Origin: Chitinophagales bacterium
Lineage (GTDB): Bacteria > Bacteroidota > Bacteroidia > Chitinophagales > S012-47
Direction: 5' to 3'
Assembly: GCA_026981615.1 (NCBI GenBank)
Contig: JALSIH010000123.1
Span: 1 to 61,722 of the forward strand
Length of the DNA stretch: 61,722 bases
In this document: positions 1 through 9,067 of the stretch, piece after piece
How positions within the stretch are numbered: the stretch's first letter is position 1
Layout: every line of letters begins with the position of its first letter
Notes under the pieces: generated by a model
Databases searched by the model: none
Seen by the model: the letters and a program-made list of their open reading frames with translations, nothing else
What the model was told of the DNA's origin: nothing
Program-made: the position numbers and the translations under genes

Positions 1-1
1 C

Positions 2-475
2 AGCAGAAAGCAAAAGAAAAAACTTCTCCTTCCGGATATGGTCAGGGAGGCGATCGACTTTCAGAAGCCGGCATTGGAAGACAAGAAGATCCATGTTCGC
101 ACGGAAAATATAGAAGGGGTTTCGTTTGAATTTGATCCGGTTCAATTCGAAATCATTCTGAGGAATCTCTTAAGCAATGCGGTCAAGTTTACGCCCAACG
201 GTGGAGAAATTATAATCAGAGCGAGGGAAGAGAATAATGAACTGCTGGTGGAAGTAAGTGACAGTGGCGTGGGAATTCCCGGGGAATTACAGAAAAAACT
301 CTTTGATACCCGCCACATGTTTACCTCGAGAGGTACGCTGAATGAAAAAGGGGCGGGACTGGGGCTTTCCCTCGCCTATTATTTTGCCGTCAGCAACGGA
401 GCCCGGCTGAGCGTGGAAAGCCGTGAGGGAGAAGGGAGCACCTTCCGCATTCACATTCCAAAGCACAGCCACTAA
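2..475 (+). CDS. sensor histidine kinase, C-terminal ATPase part (5' end lies outside the window)
   Basis: The frame is open from base 2, upstream of the first ATG at 38. The translation shows the N box (NLLSNAVKF), G1 box (DSGVGIP) and G2 box (GAGLGLSL) of HATPase_c. The stop at 473-475 is followed by a hairpin. Confidence 0.85.
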   Translation, partial: SRKQKKKLLLPDMVREAIDFQKPALEDKKIHVRTENIEGVSFEFDPVQFEIILRNLLSNAVKFTPNGGEIIIRAREENNELLVEVSDSGVGIPGELQKKLFDTRHMFTSRGTLNEKGAGLGLSLAYYFAVSNGARLSVESREGEGSTFRIHIPKHSH

Positions 476-512
476 AAAAAAGAGCCGGACCTCTACCGAT
501 CCGGCTCCCGCT
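474..512. terminator. bidirectional terminator hairpin between convergent genes
   Basis: Perfect 8-bp stem GAGCCGGA / TCCGGCTC (482-489 / 500-507). An A run precedes it and a weak T-rich tail follows. Confidence 0.6.
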
Positions 513-528
513 TTCTCAATGACTGGTT

Positions 529-3500
529 TTAATGAACAATGCTGATCTTCCTCACTATCGATTGATCTTTGTTGCGTATCCGGATGAAGTAGTTTCCGGC
601 AGCCAGGTGAGACAGATTGATCACGCTCAGACCGCTTTCGTGGCGAACTTCTCTGAGAAGCACGCGCCCGTTCTCATCCACAATTTCCACATCAAATTTA
701 TCCACCATCAGCTCATCCACATCCAAATAAAGCACCCCTGAACCGGGGTTCGGATAAATGCTGATATTCCCGGCCAGGTGACTTTCTTCTATACCCACAC
801 AGGCTTCCACAACTACCATAATGCTGTCCGCAGCCTCGCATCCGTCTTTGCTTCCCGTTACGCTGATGACCGTACTGTTTGACAAGGTCAGGGTAATAGC
901 CGCGCTCTGATCGCCCGTGCTCCAGAGGTAGGAATCGGCTCCGCTTGCATTTAAATCAAAAGGTTTGTCCATACAAACCGTGATGGAGTCCCCTTCCTGA
1001 ATTTGAGTGGCCGGCAGCGCTTTTACATTCACCGTCACCTGCAGGGTGTCCTCGCAGGCACCGTCCGTAATGGTGACCATGTACTGTGTGGTACTCACCG
1101 GGGCCACATTGATGCCGGGCGTGTTTTCACCGTTGCTCCACTTATAGACTGTGCCACCGCTGGCCGTCAGTTGTACCGATTCTCCCTCACAGATCGTCTG
1201 ATCCGATGAAATGCCTGAACTCTGATCGTCCGTCAGGCCGATGATCACCGTATCTACATCGCTGCACTGATTGGCATCGGTCGTGGTCACGTAGTAAGTG
1301 CCGGCAGACAGGGAATTTTGTGAAGAGCCGCTTTGACCGTTTGACCATTGATAGCTATATGGAGCCATGCCTCCGCTGGCCGATACCGAAGCCCGCCCGT
1401 CATTGTTGTCGCAGGTGGCATTGCCATCGGCTTGTGCCACAGCCTGCACCGGGGGCAACTGTGATACTTCTACGCTTGCCGTTTTCGTGCAGCCGTTGGC
1501 ATCCGTAATGGTAACCGAATAATTTCCGCTGGCCAGGGCACTGGCTGTCTGTCCTGTTTGCCCGTTTGACCACATGTAGCTGTAAGCTTGGGTACCACCG
1601 CTCACATCGGCTGTGGCCGTACCGTCATTGTCAAAACAACTCGACCGGCTACTGCTCATCGTTATTTTCAGGGAGTCGGGCTGAGAAACCGTGACCGATA
1701 TCTGATCCGTACAGCCCTTGCTGTCTGTCACCGTCACCACATATCCGCCTGCCGGCAATCCCGTCTGAGAGGCTCCGCTGCCGCCCCCCGGCCAGGCATA
1801 GCTGTAAGGCGGAGTGCCCTCGCTGGCACTGACGCTGGCACTTCCATCCGAAAGACCATAGCACGACACATTTTGAACACTTTGCAAAGAGGCTACCGGC
1901 CCGCTGGCCGAGCCCACATAGGCCAGGTCATAGTCAGAGCAACCCTTGGAGTCAGTAATATAGAGGGGGTAGGTTCCCTCGGCCAGGTTGACCGCGGTCG
2001 GTGTCGTCTGATTATTGGCCTCACTACCCCATTGATAGGTATATGGTGCGCTTCCGCCCACTACTATGGCTGTGGCCTGCCCGTTGGCCAGACCGCAGGC
2101 CGAGGGTTCCACAGCAAATGAGTCAATGCTCGGGAAACTGTTGACCTCCACGAGTTGCAGCGCCACGGTGTCATCCGTTGCACGGCAGGAGCCTGTAGCC
2201 CGGAGCAACACACTATGCACTCCCACCGTATCATAGGCCACCACAGGCTTTTGAGCCATTGATCGATAGGGAGTACCACCGGGAAATAGCCATTCAAAGT
2301 TTTGCGCATTGGTGCTGCTGCCCGCGTCAAAGGTGACGGTATTTCCTACGCAGAGAGACGTGTCGCTTACGGAAAAGCTGGCTACGGGAATATCCGTGGC
2401 CACATAGGGCGAGATAAACATGGCAATGTCAATGTTCCATGCGCTGTCATTGGACATGGAGAACCAGCGGCCATCGGCCCATTGCTCCCACGATTGGTCG
2501 GGCGGGCTTTGCCCGTTTAAGTTTGACACCAGGCCCAAGGTATCCTGCGGTGTAAAATTATTCATGGTGATGCCGAAGTAGAACTTGCCGTCAGCCGGAA
2601 TTTTTACGGCTTGCGAGAAAAAGAGCTGGGGAAGAAAGCCCGCATTCACGATGCTGGTGATCACTGCCAGGTCAACCCGCAGAGAGTCGAGCACATTGCC
2701 GGGTCGTCCGCCCGGGCCCGCTGCATCCCAAACATTGAAAGTGACCGTGGCATTGGAATTGGCATCTTTATGCGCTTTGGCAAAGAAAAAGAGCCCTCCT
2801 GTGATATAGCGGAAAGGAAGGGTGTTTTCGAAGAACATGGCTTTTGAGCGGTCGGCAAATTCGTTCCAGCCGCAGATGCTGTAGTTCTGTGCCGTGATAT
2901 AATGAACGAGATTGCCCGGAGGAAAGAAGTTTAAGGTATCACAGCCCGTAGCCTCCGTCACCGTAATATATCCCTGCTTTACCTCCGAATCGCTTCCGTG
3001 GGCATTGCTGGCCACCAGGGTGACGGGGTAAGTTCCCGGAATCTGGTAATTGATCACGGGATTCTGTAAAGTGGAAGAAGAAGGGCTGCCCCCCGGAAAA
3101 GTCCACTGCCACTGGGTGGGATTGCTGCTGCTTAAATCGGTGAACACGACATTGCCACCGGCAAAAACATTGGTAGGCGAAGCTTCGAAATCAGCCACTG
3201 GCGGTACATTCGGATTGCAGACCACCGAGTTTTTCAGTTCTTTTCTTCGCGGTGAATTGTTTAATACGGTTCGCATGCGCGTTTTCTGATCAGCCGTAAA
3301 AAGGTTTTGGCAGTTGTCGTTGCTGTAATCCAGATAGTTCTGTACCATATCCGTACTGCCGCAGCTCACTTCACTCGTTGGGCACCCATAATTAGGCGCA
3401 TCCGATTCGGGCGTATCGTTGCAATAATCATCGATGCCGCAAGGTCCATCGCCCCAGACATGGCGAAGGCCCAGCCAGTGGCCCACTTCGTGGGTTGCCG

Positions 3501-4311
3501 TACGGCCCAGGTCATATGGTGGTGTCAACTGAGGGAAACTGCCCCGTCCGAATGCATTGTATGTGACCACCACCCCATCGGTTGAGGCACTGCCACCAAT
3601 GGCCGGCAATCCGCTCAGGCCCGACTGATCGGGAAACTGAGCATAGCCGAGAATGCTGCCTCCGATGTGAAGTACCCAAATGTTCAGGTATTGGGTAGGG
3701 TCCCAATAGGTGGAAGGCTTAATGGTGCTGTTGATATAATTGACGGTATAGGGCGGTGCATTGAATCCGGCACTGTTGCGGTCTATCCGGTCGATCCCTG
3801 CTTCGGGGAGCACATTGCCGTTTTCATCGACAGTGGCCAGGCAAAACTCCACTTGAATATCGGCAGCAACGGGCTTGAAAGCGCCCGGTGTATTTACCGT
3901 GTCGGCATTCAAGCGTCTGAAATCTTCATTCAGCACGTCTATCTGCGACTGCACCTGGGCCGCACTGATGTTGCTGCCGGTTCCCACACTCTCGCCATTG
4001 TGTACAATATGCACGATAACGGGAAGCGTAATGATTCCGCCTGATGCCCCCGATTCCTGCGCGATCCGGTTTTGCAGCCAGGCTTCAAATTCTTCCAGCG
4101 ATGGGAGATTCGTGTTCTCCTGCCTCCGCAGGGCCTCGGCTTCCATCGTGGCGCAGGTACGGTGCGGAGGCACATCAGGCGTAAGTGCCGGAGCAGGCGT
4201 TCGTGAGGGACCCTGCTTAATTATAAAGTTCATCATTTCGGGACCGGCTTCCTGTGTGAAAGCGGAAAATGACAAGAAGACAAGAACGAGGAGTGCGAGT
4301 AGCTTTTTCAT
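529..4311 (-). CDS. secreted M43-family (pappalysin/cytophagalysin-like) zinc metalloprotease with PKD modules, SprB-type repeats and T9SS C-terminal sorting domain
   Basis: HEVGHWLGLRH zinc site and a downstream Cys-rich DTP...MVQNYLDYS region typical of peptidase M43. Two PKD-like modules. Four repeats with the GG..PY.Y.W...G.Y.V..TD..GC signature (about nt 1326-2121). C-terminal ISIYPNPGSGVLYL-type sorting domain. Start placed at ATG 4311 (MKKLLALLVLVF signal peptide); the ORF stays open to 4353. Confidence 0.85.
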   Translation of the reverse strand: MKKLLALLVLVFLSFSAFTQEAGPEMMNFIIKQGPSRTPAPALTPDVPPHRTCATMEAEALRRQENTNLPSLEEFEAWLQNRIAQESGASGGIITLPVIVHIVHNGESVGTGSNISAAQVQSQIDVLNEDFRRLNADTVNTPGAFKPVAADIQVEFCLATVDENGNVLPEAGIDRIDRNSAGFNAPPYTVNYINSTIKPSTYWDPTQYLNIWVLHIGGSILGYAQFPDQSGLSGLPAIGGSASTDGVVVTYNAFGRGSFPQLTPPYDLGRTATHEVGHWLGLRHVWGDGPCGIDDYCNDTPESDAPNYGCPTSEVSCGSTDMVQNYLDYSNDNCQNLFTADQKTRMRTVLNNSPRRKELKNSVVCNPNVPPVADFEASPTNVFAGGNVVFTDLSSSNPTQWQWTFPGGSPSSSTLQNPVINYQIPGTYPVTLVASNAHGSDSEVKQGYITVTEATGCDTLNFFPPGNLVHYITAQNYSICGWNEFADRSKAMFFENTLPFRYITGGLFFFAKAHKDANSNATVTFNVWDAAGPGGRPGNVLDSLRVDLAVITSIVNAGFLPQLFFSQAVKIPADGKFYFGITMNNFTPQDTLGLVSNLNGQSPPDQSWEQWADGRWFSMSNDSAWNIDIAMFISPYVATDIPVASFSVSDTSLCVGNTVTFDAGSSTNAQNFEWLFPGGTPYRSMAQKPVVAYDTVGVHSVLLRATGSCRATDDTVALQLVEVNSFPSIDSFAVEPSACGLANGQATAIVVGGSAPYTYQWGSEANNQTTPTAVNLAEGTYPLYITDSKGCSDYDLAYVGSASGPVASLQSVQNVSCYGLSDGSASVSASEGTPPYSYAWPGGGSGASQTGLPAGGYVVTVTDSKGCTDQISVTVSQPDSLKITMSSSRSSCFDNDGTATADVSGGTQAYSYMWSNGQTGQTASALASGNYSVTITDANGCTKTASVEVSQLPPVQAVAQADGNATCDNNDGRASVSASGGMAPYSYQWSNGQSGSSQNSLSAGTYYVTTTDANQCSDVDTVIIGLTDDQSSGISSDQTICEGESVQLTASGGTVYKWSNGENTPGINVAPVSTTQYMVTITDGACEDTLQVTVNVKALPATQIQEGDSITVCMDKPFDLNASGADSYLWSTGDQSAAITLTLSNSTVISVTGSKDGCEAADSIMVVVEACVGIEESHLAGNISIYPNPGSGVLYLDVDELMVDKFDVEIVDENGRVLLREVRHESGLSVINLSHLAAGNYFIRIRNKDQSIVRKISIVH

Positions 4312-4414
4312 GGCTTTCAATTGTATTAATTTGCTATATGTAAATCTATTCATTAAAAATCAATTTCAAGACCTGAACCAACACATTGCCCGGCTTTGGC
4401 AGGAAATTGCTTTT

Positions 4415-4750
4415 TCAGCGTCTGGCACAGCGGACACAGCGGGTACTCTCGGGCATAATCATCAGGCGACCCAGCGGAATTTCACCCTTGCAGCTTATAC
4501 AAAGGCCAAAGTCCGGAGCCTCTACCCTCGATGCCGCTTCTTTCAGTTTTCTCAGCCTTTCTTCGGCTTCGCGCAGTGCGGCTTCAAAAACAGCTTTGTT
4601 GTTGATCGCTTCCATCCTCGAAATGCGCCCGATGGCATTTTCCGGGGAAACAGGTCGGGTCAATTCACGGTAATCAGCGATTTTCAAGGTCATCTCCCTG
4701 ATCTTCTCCTCAATCTTCTTTCCGATTCTTTTCCTGTCCTCTTTATTCAT
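4415..4750 (-). CDS. TraR/DksA family C4-type zinc-finger protein
   Basis: C-terminal four-cysteine finger (CISCKGEIP...CVRC) preceded by a coiled-coil region with an SRMEAIN motif, as in YteA/DksA-like proteins. Confidence 0.8.
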   Translation of the reverse strand: MNKEDRKRIGKKIEEKIREMTLKIADYRELTRPVSPENAIGRISRMEAINNKAVFEAALREAEERLRKLKEAASRVEAPDFGLCISCKGEIPLGRLMIMPESTRCVRCARR

Positions 4751-4849
4751 CTTCTGCTTTCAGAGCTATTTAGCAACCCGGATATGAAAATAAGTTATCA
4801 ATGGATAATTTACCGTAAAAAAGCGCGGACTCTGCTGTATTTTTACATT

Positions 4850-5515
4850 ATGAAGAGGCTCATCTTATTATTGGGATTGCTTGCTGTTATGGCAGGTGCC
4901 TGTGCTCCTTCCCGATATGTAAGACCCCTGGAAAAGGGACAATGGGCTGCGCAGGGACACTTCGGGGGGCCTTTGTTCAGCAATCTGGGCTATACCATCC
5001 CGGTGCCGCTCACGAGTGCCGGTGTGGGCTATGGCCTCGATGAGGACATCACGCTTTTTGCCGACTTGCAAATCACCGAGCTTGCCTTTGGAGTGATACA
5101 GCTCAATGCGGGAGGCAACTACTATCTCAGCCGGCCCGAGGGATACCGCCCCGGTATCACCGGCACACTGATACTCAATGCAGCCGTCAGCACCTGGGAT
5201 GGCCGGGCCAAGCTCTGGCCTCAGCTGGATGTCAATGCGCGCTGGGCGTACGGCCAAAATGACAATCAGATTTATCTGGGCCTCTCCAATTTCTTTGAGC
5301 CCGCAAGGTATCGTACACAAGGCGAAGCTCAGCCTGCGCATTGGCTGCCTTCGATTTTTGCAGGACATGTCTTCAGCGGAAAATCGTGGGACCTCAGCCT
5401 CGAAGGCAAGTGGATCGCACCGAATCAAAGCAATGAATGGAGCGTGGTCGACTACGTCAGTGCCGCCCAACGCGGTAGCTTCGGACTTTATCTGGGTATT
5501 GCCAAAAGATTTTGA
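4850..5515 (+). CDS. hypothetical lipoprotein, probable outer-membrane beta-barrel
   Basis: Start chosen at ATG 4850 (MKRLILLLGLLAVMAGAC lipobox). The sequence is Gly/aromatic-rich and ends in a terminal Phe (...GIAKRF). The longer 3875..5515 track ORF is antisense read-through. Confidence 0.6.
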   Translation: MKRLILLLGLLAVMAGACAPSRYVRPLEKGQWAAQGHFGGPLFSNLGYTIPVPLTSAGVGYGLDEDITLFADLQITELAFGVIQLNAGGNYYLSRPEGYRPGITGTLILNAAVSTWDGRAKLWPQLDVNARWAYGQNDNQIYLGLSNFFEPARYRTQGEAQPAHWLPSIFAGHVFSGKSWDLSLEGKWIAPNQSNEWSVVDYVSAAQRGSFGLYLGIAKRF

Positions 5516-5517
5516 AA

Positions 5518-6420
5518 ATGAAAAGCCGGTATTTTATCCTCCTTGCCTTTCTCTCTCTCTTTTTCACGGCCTGTTTTCGCCTCGACAGTTTCCTTTACGA
5601 GCCGGAAGTTGTTGATGCTTATCTGCTTGATCAATACACGGGCCCGCAAGAAATGAAAGACGAACTTGCCTTCATCCGAGTGCCGGATTCACTCATTTAC
5701 CAATTTTCCATCCCCTCGGCCAACGGCAAGCAGATCTACGGCATCTATATCGGCAACCGGGACGAGATGAACCAAGATACCGTCATACTCTATTGCCACG
5801 GCAACAGCGGGAACAATGAAAATTACTGGCCCCGCAGCAAACTTTTGTGGTATGCCATGCAAAAACACGGCATACGCGGGGGCGTACTGCTCTTTGACTA
5901 TCAGGGCTTCGGTGCCTCGGAAGGGGAGGCACACGAAGAGAGCCTCTATGAAGACACCTATGCCATGTATCAGTGGCTGCTCGATGGCGGAGCCGACCCC
6001 GGCAAAATGATCCTCTACGGATATTCACTCGGATCAGCCCCTGCCACCCGGCTATGCTACGAACACAAAGACGGCTTTGATATGGAAGTGGCCAAACTGA
6101 TTCTGGAATCGCCCTTTGCATCGGCAGAGGTCTTCGTGCAGGATGCCACCCTGCTCGCCATCCCCGGTTCCTTTATGGTAAACCTTCAAATCAACAATGC
6201 CGAAGAAATAAAAGAAGTCACGCAGCCTTTTCTGTGGATTCACGGAATAGACGACCACTATATCCCCATGAAAACCCATGGGCAGGTAGTCTACGACAAC
6301 TATCAGGGAGACAAAAAGGAATCACTGCTCGTGCCGGGTGCACGCCATTCGGATGTGCCCGCAGTGTACGGTATTGAAAAGTATGCCGACTTTATCACAG
6401 AATTCATACGCTATTTTTAA
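5518..6420 (+). CDS. alpha/beta hydrolase (serine hydrolase), lipoprotein-type signal
   Basis: GYSLGS nucleophile elbow, later HGIDDHYIP and GARHSD acid/His positions, and an FFTAC signal. The track start at 5512 is TTG; ATG 5518 is preferred. Confidence 0.8.
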   Translation: MKSRYFILLAFLSLFFTACFRLDSFLYEPEVVDAYLLDQYTGPQEMKDELAFIRVPDSLIYQFSIPSANGKQIYGIYIGNRDEMNQDTVILYCHGNSGNNENYWPRSKLLWYAMQKHGIRGGVLLFDYQGFGASEGEAHEESLYEDTYAMYQWLLDGGADPGKMILYGYSLGSAPATRLCYEHKDGFDMEVAKLILESPFASAEVFVQDATLLAIPGSFMVNLQINNAEEIKEVTQPFLWIHGIDDHYIPMKTHGQVVYDNYQGDKKESLLVPGARHSDVPAVYGIEKYADFITEFIRYF

Positions 6421-6445
6421 TAAAAACGATTTAAAACCAAGTACC

Positions 6446-7012
6446 ATGAAAAGAATTGCCATTTTATTGATTGCCTTGTTGCCCATATTGGCCTGCAATA
6501 ATTCTGCTGAAAAGGAATCAAGTACAGAACACGAAGGAGAGGAAATGCATGAAGACCACAATGAAACGGGCATGCAGGAGACGGAAGAAGGGGAAGAAAG
6601 TGCGTCCCTGCCGTCAACGGGAAATTTTGGAGCCGATATCACAGCGGACGGGGCGATCACCCCTGCCGAGATGATGGCCATGCTGGCCGATAAAGACAGT
6701 GTGGAAGTGAAAGTGAAAGGAATAGCGGAAGCCGTTTGCCAGCGCAAAGGATGCTGGATGACCATGCCTGTCGGTGACGGGGAGATGCGCATTACCTTTC
6801 GCGATTACGGATTCTTTGTGCCGAAAGATGCCAGTGGCAAAGAGGTGATCATACAGGGCATTGCCAAAAAAGAAGTAACCGGTGTGGAAGAGCTTCGACA
6901 TTATGCCGAAGATGCAGGAGAAAGTGACGAGGCCATAGCGGCCATCACGGAGCCGGAAGAAAATATTGTCTTTGTAGCAGACGGAGTGATCATCCGGGAA
7001 CCGGAGCAATAA
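6446..7012 (+). CDS. DUF4920-like lipoprotein
   Basis: Start at ATG 6446 (MKRIAILLIALLPILAC lipobox). Acidic His/Glu-rich linker (EHEGEEMHEDHNE). The CQRKGCWM motif is one I associate with DUF4920 (recalled, not searched). Confidence 0.6.
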   Translation: MKRIAILLIALLPILACNNSAEKESSTEHEGEEMHEDHNETGMQETEEGEESASLPSTGNFGADITADGAITPAEMMAMLADKDSVEVKVKGIAEAVCQRKGCWMTMPVGDGEMRITFRDYGFFVPKDASGKEVIIQGIAKKEVTGVEELRHYAEDAGESDEAIAAITEPEENIVFVADGVIIREPEQ

Positions 7013-7052
7013 TATTTTTCAATCAGCTATTGGCTTTTCAGATTACTCCTCT

Positions 7053-7060
7053 TATCTTTG
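7053..7060 (+). promoter_or_regulatory. Bacteroidota -7 promoter box (TAtcTTTG) for tRNA-Lys
   Basis: Exact TAnnTTTG match 27 nt upstream of the tRNA 5' end. Confidence 0.55.
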
Positions 7061-7086
7061 CAGCCGTCTTATCCGAAAAGGATAGC

Positions 7087-7162
7087 GAGTCAGTAGCTCA
7101 GCTGGTAGAGCAACGCCCTTTTAAGGCGTGGGTCCAGGGTTCGAATCCCTGCTGACTCACCA
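7087..7162 (+). tRNA. tRNA-Lys (anticodon TTT), CCA encoded
   Basis: Hand-folded cloverleaf. The 7-bp acceptor pairs GAGTCAG with CTGACTC. Anticodon stem ACGCC/GGCGT with loop CTTTTAA. T loop is TTCGAAT. CCA lies at 7160-7162. Confidence 0.95.
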
Positions 7163-7166
7163 AAAA

Positions 7167-7198
7167 CCCTTCTCCTGTGAACAGGTGGGAGGGTTTTT
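7167..7198 (+). terminator. intrinsic terminator after tRNA-Lys
   Basis: An 11-bp stem (CCCTTCTCCTG / CAGGTGGGAGGG with one bulge and G-T wobbles), a 4-nt loop, then TTTTT. Confidence 0.7.
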
Positions 7199-7243
7199 CA
7201 TTTTAAGAAATGCCTTTTGATTGGCATATCAAAGAAGATTGAT

Positions 7244-7251
7244 TACTTTTG
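7244..7251 (+). promoter_or_regulatory. Bacteroidota -7 promoter box (TActTTTG) for tRNA-Leu(GAG)
   Basis: Exact TAnnTTTG match 22 nt upstream of the tRNA 5' end. Confidence 0.55.
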
Positions 7252-7272
7252 CACCGCAAAAAAGATCAGTAC

Positions 7273-7359
7273 GCCCAAGTGCTGAAACTGGTAGACAGGC
7301 ATGGTTGAGGGCCATGTGTCCTTTAGGACGTGCGGGTTCGAGTCCCGCCTTGGGCACCA
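7273..7359 (+). tRNA. tRNA-Leu (anticodon GAG), type II with long variable arm, CCA encoded
   Basis: Acceptor GCCCAAG/CTTGGGC. 3-bp D stem. Anticodon stem CATGG/CCATG with loop TTGAGGG. Variable-arm hairpin GTCC-TTTA-GGAC. T arm GCGGG-TTCGAGT-CCCGC. Confidence 0.9.
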
Positions 7360-7389
7360 AAGCCTCGCTTTGCGGGGCTTTCTCATTTT
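7360..7389 (+). terminator. intrinsic terminator after tRNA-Leu(GAG)
   Basis: 8-bp stem AAGCCTCG / CGGGGCTT (one G-T wobble) followed by TCTCATTTT. Confidence 0.55.
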
Positions 7390-7444
7390 GAGAGATGATA
7401 TTTTAAATTAAATTCGCCTTCAACCCCCTAATTAATCACCGGAA

Positions 7445-8209
7445 ATGATCGCCATCCTTGCTCCTACGAAAACAATGGATTTTGCCCCCGGCACCCTGCC
7501 CGATGAGCATACCCGCCCCCGTTTTGAGGAACAGGCGTGCAAGATTATAGAAGTCTTGCGCAGCTACGACAAGCCGGGCCTTTCGGATTTAATGGACATC
7601 AGCGAGCAGCTGGCTGATCTGACACACCAACGCATCCGGAATTTTCAAAAAGAGCCGGGACGAAAAAACAGCCGCCAGGCCCTCTTTGCCTACAAGGGGG
7701 ATGTTTACGCCAATATGCAGGTCGACAGTTATACGCACGATGAACTCCTCTTCGCGCAGGAACATATCCGTATTCTTTCCGGCCTCTACGGCATTCTTCG
7801 CCCGCTCGATCTTATCCAGCCCTACCGCCTCGAAATGCAAACACCGCTTTCGGTTGACAAACACAAAGACCTTTACAAATTCTGGGGCGAGCAGCTAAGC
7901 AATGCACTTCTCGAAGATATCCGCGGACAGCAAACCCCGATGATTATCAATCTCACATCCAACGAATACCTGAAAGCCCTCCCCGGCAAGGATATTAAAA
8001 AAAGCCTCATCCACATCGATTTCAAAGAATTCAGAGACGGACAATATAAAACGATCGCCATCTACTCGAAAAAAGCGCGGGGCCTGATGGCCGACTTTAT
8101 CGTCCGCAACAAGATCGACCGCCCCGAAGACCTGAAAGCTTTTGATACCGAGCAATACCATTTCAACGAGCGCTTGTCGGAAGAGAAGACTTTCGTATTC
8201 ACCCGGTAA
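7445..8209 (+). CDS. yaaA: peroxide stress protein YaaA (UPF0246/DUF328)
   Basis: The N-terminal MIAILAPTKTMDF and the length and overall pattern fit the YaaA family. Confidence 0.85.
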   Translation: MIAILAPTKTMDFAPGTLPDEHTRPRFEEQACKIIEVLRSYDKPGLSDLMDISEQLADLTHQRIRNFQKEPGRKNSRQALFAYKGDVYANMQVDSYTHDELLFAQEHIRILSGLYGILRPLDLIQPYRLEMQTPLSVDKHKDLYKFWGEQLSNALLEDIRGQQTPMIINLTSNEYLKALPGKDIKKSLIHIDFKEFRDGQYKTIAIYSKKARGLMADFIVRNKIDRPEDLKAFDTEQYHFNERLSEEKTFVFTR

Positions 8210-8318
8210 GTCTTCCTGACGACATTTTAGCATCAGACAGGCGCCCCGGAGCGGCTCTTTTGACAATTTTGCACGAAATTGCAACGTGCATCGTTCATAG
8301 CGATAAACTCACACAATT

Positions 8319-8984
8319 ATGAAGTTACTTTTTATAGGCATGCTATCGGCATTTTTTATTTCCTGTGCCAACGGGCAATCCGGCAAGGCGGATGAAAGCA
8401 ATTCTCAGGAAATCACTGTTCCGGACGAGCACTTCGACCCGGCAGCAGTCGATACGGCCACCCTGGCCGGGGGCTGTTTCTGGTGCATGGAAGGTGCTTT
8501 TCAGCAAATTAAAGGGATCAAAGCGGTGATCAGCGGCTACTCGGGCGGCAAGGAACCCAACCCGGGCTACCGCCAGGTAGGCAGCGGAGAGACCGGCCAT
8601 GCCGAGAGCATCCAGATTTATTACGACCCGCAGGAAATCTCCTACGAAACCCTGCTCGACATCTTCTTTGTGGCACACGACCCCACCCAGCTCAATCGCC
8701 AGGGGCCGGATGTAGGTCCGCAATACCGCTCGGCTGTTTTTTATCACAACGAGAAACAAAAAAAGGCCGCTGAAGAAAAAATTCTGCAACTCCAGGGAGC
8801 CGCTTTTGCCGAAAAGATTGTGACGGAACTCAGCCCCTACCAAGGTTTCTGGCCGGCAGAAGACTATCATCAGAATTACGAAATGCTGCACCCCGAGAAC
8901 CCCTATGTTCAAAAAGTATCCCGCCCGAGAATCGAAAAAGTCAGGGAAAGTTTTCCGGAGCTTTTGAAAGACACTAAGAAGTAA
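8319..8984 (+). CDS. msrA: peptide-methionine (S)-S-oxide reductase MsrA with lipoprotein signal peptide
   Basis: GGCFWCMEG active-site motif. It is preceded by a ~45-aa extension carrying a lipobox (AFFISC). Confidence 0.9.
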   Translation: MKLLFIGMLSAFFISCANGQSGKADESNSQEITVPDEHFDPAAVDTATLAGGCFWCMEGAFQQIKGIKAVISGYSGGKEPNPGYRQVGSGETGHAESIQIYYDPQEISYETLLDIFFVAHDPTQLNRQGPDVGPQYRSAVFYHNEKQKKAAEEKILQLQGAAFAEKIVTELSPYQGFWPAEDYHQNYEMLHPENPYVQKVSRPRIEKVRESFPELLKDTKK

Positions 8985-9067
8985 GCGAAAAGGGAATCAC
9001 TTCAATCGGGCGAAATAAGTATCTTTCGGGAGAAAGAAAAAAAGACGCATTAAATGAATTCCTCCCG

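Noticed and set aside
1326-2121. Repetitive stretch in the protease gene considered as a DNA tandem repeat or array
   Set aside because: The repetition is at the protein-domain level (SprB-type repeats with diverged DNA). There are no regularly spaced identical DNA repeats, so this is not CRISPR-like.
3875-5515. 546-aa plus-strand ORF, the longest plus-strand ORF in the first 6 kb
   Set aside because: Its first ~325 codons run antisense to the M43 protease and the TraR/DksA gene and look like low-complexity shadow sequence. Only the part from ATG 4850, which begins with a lipoprotein signal peptide, looks like a real gene.
7087-7359. tRNA-Lys / tRNA-Leu pair as a possible genomic-island integration site
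   Set aside because: No integrase, no phage or mobile genes, and no direct repeat of a tRNA 3' end were seen nearby. The flanking genes are ordinary chromosomal genes.
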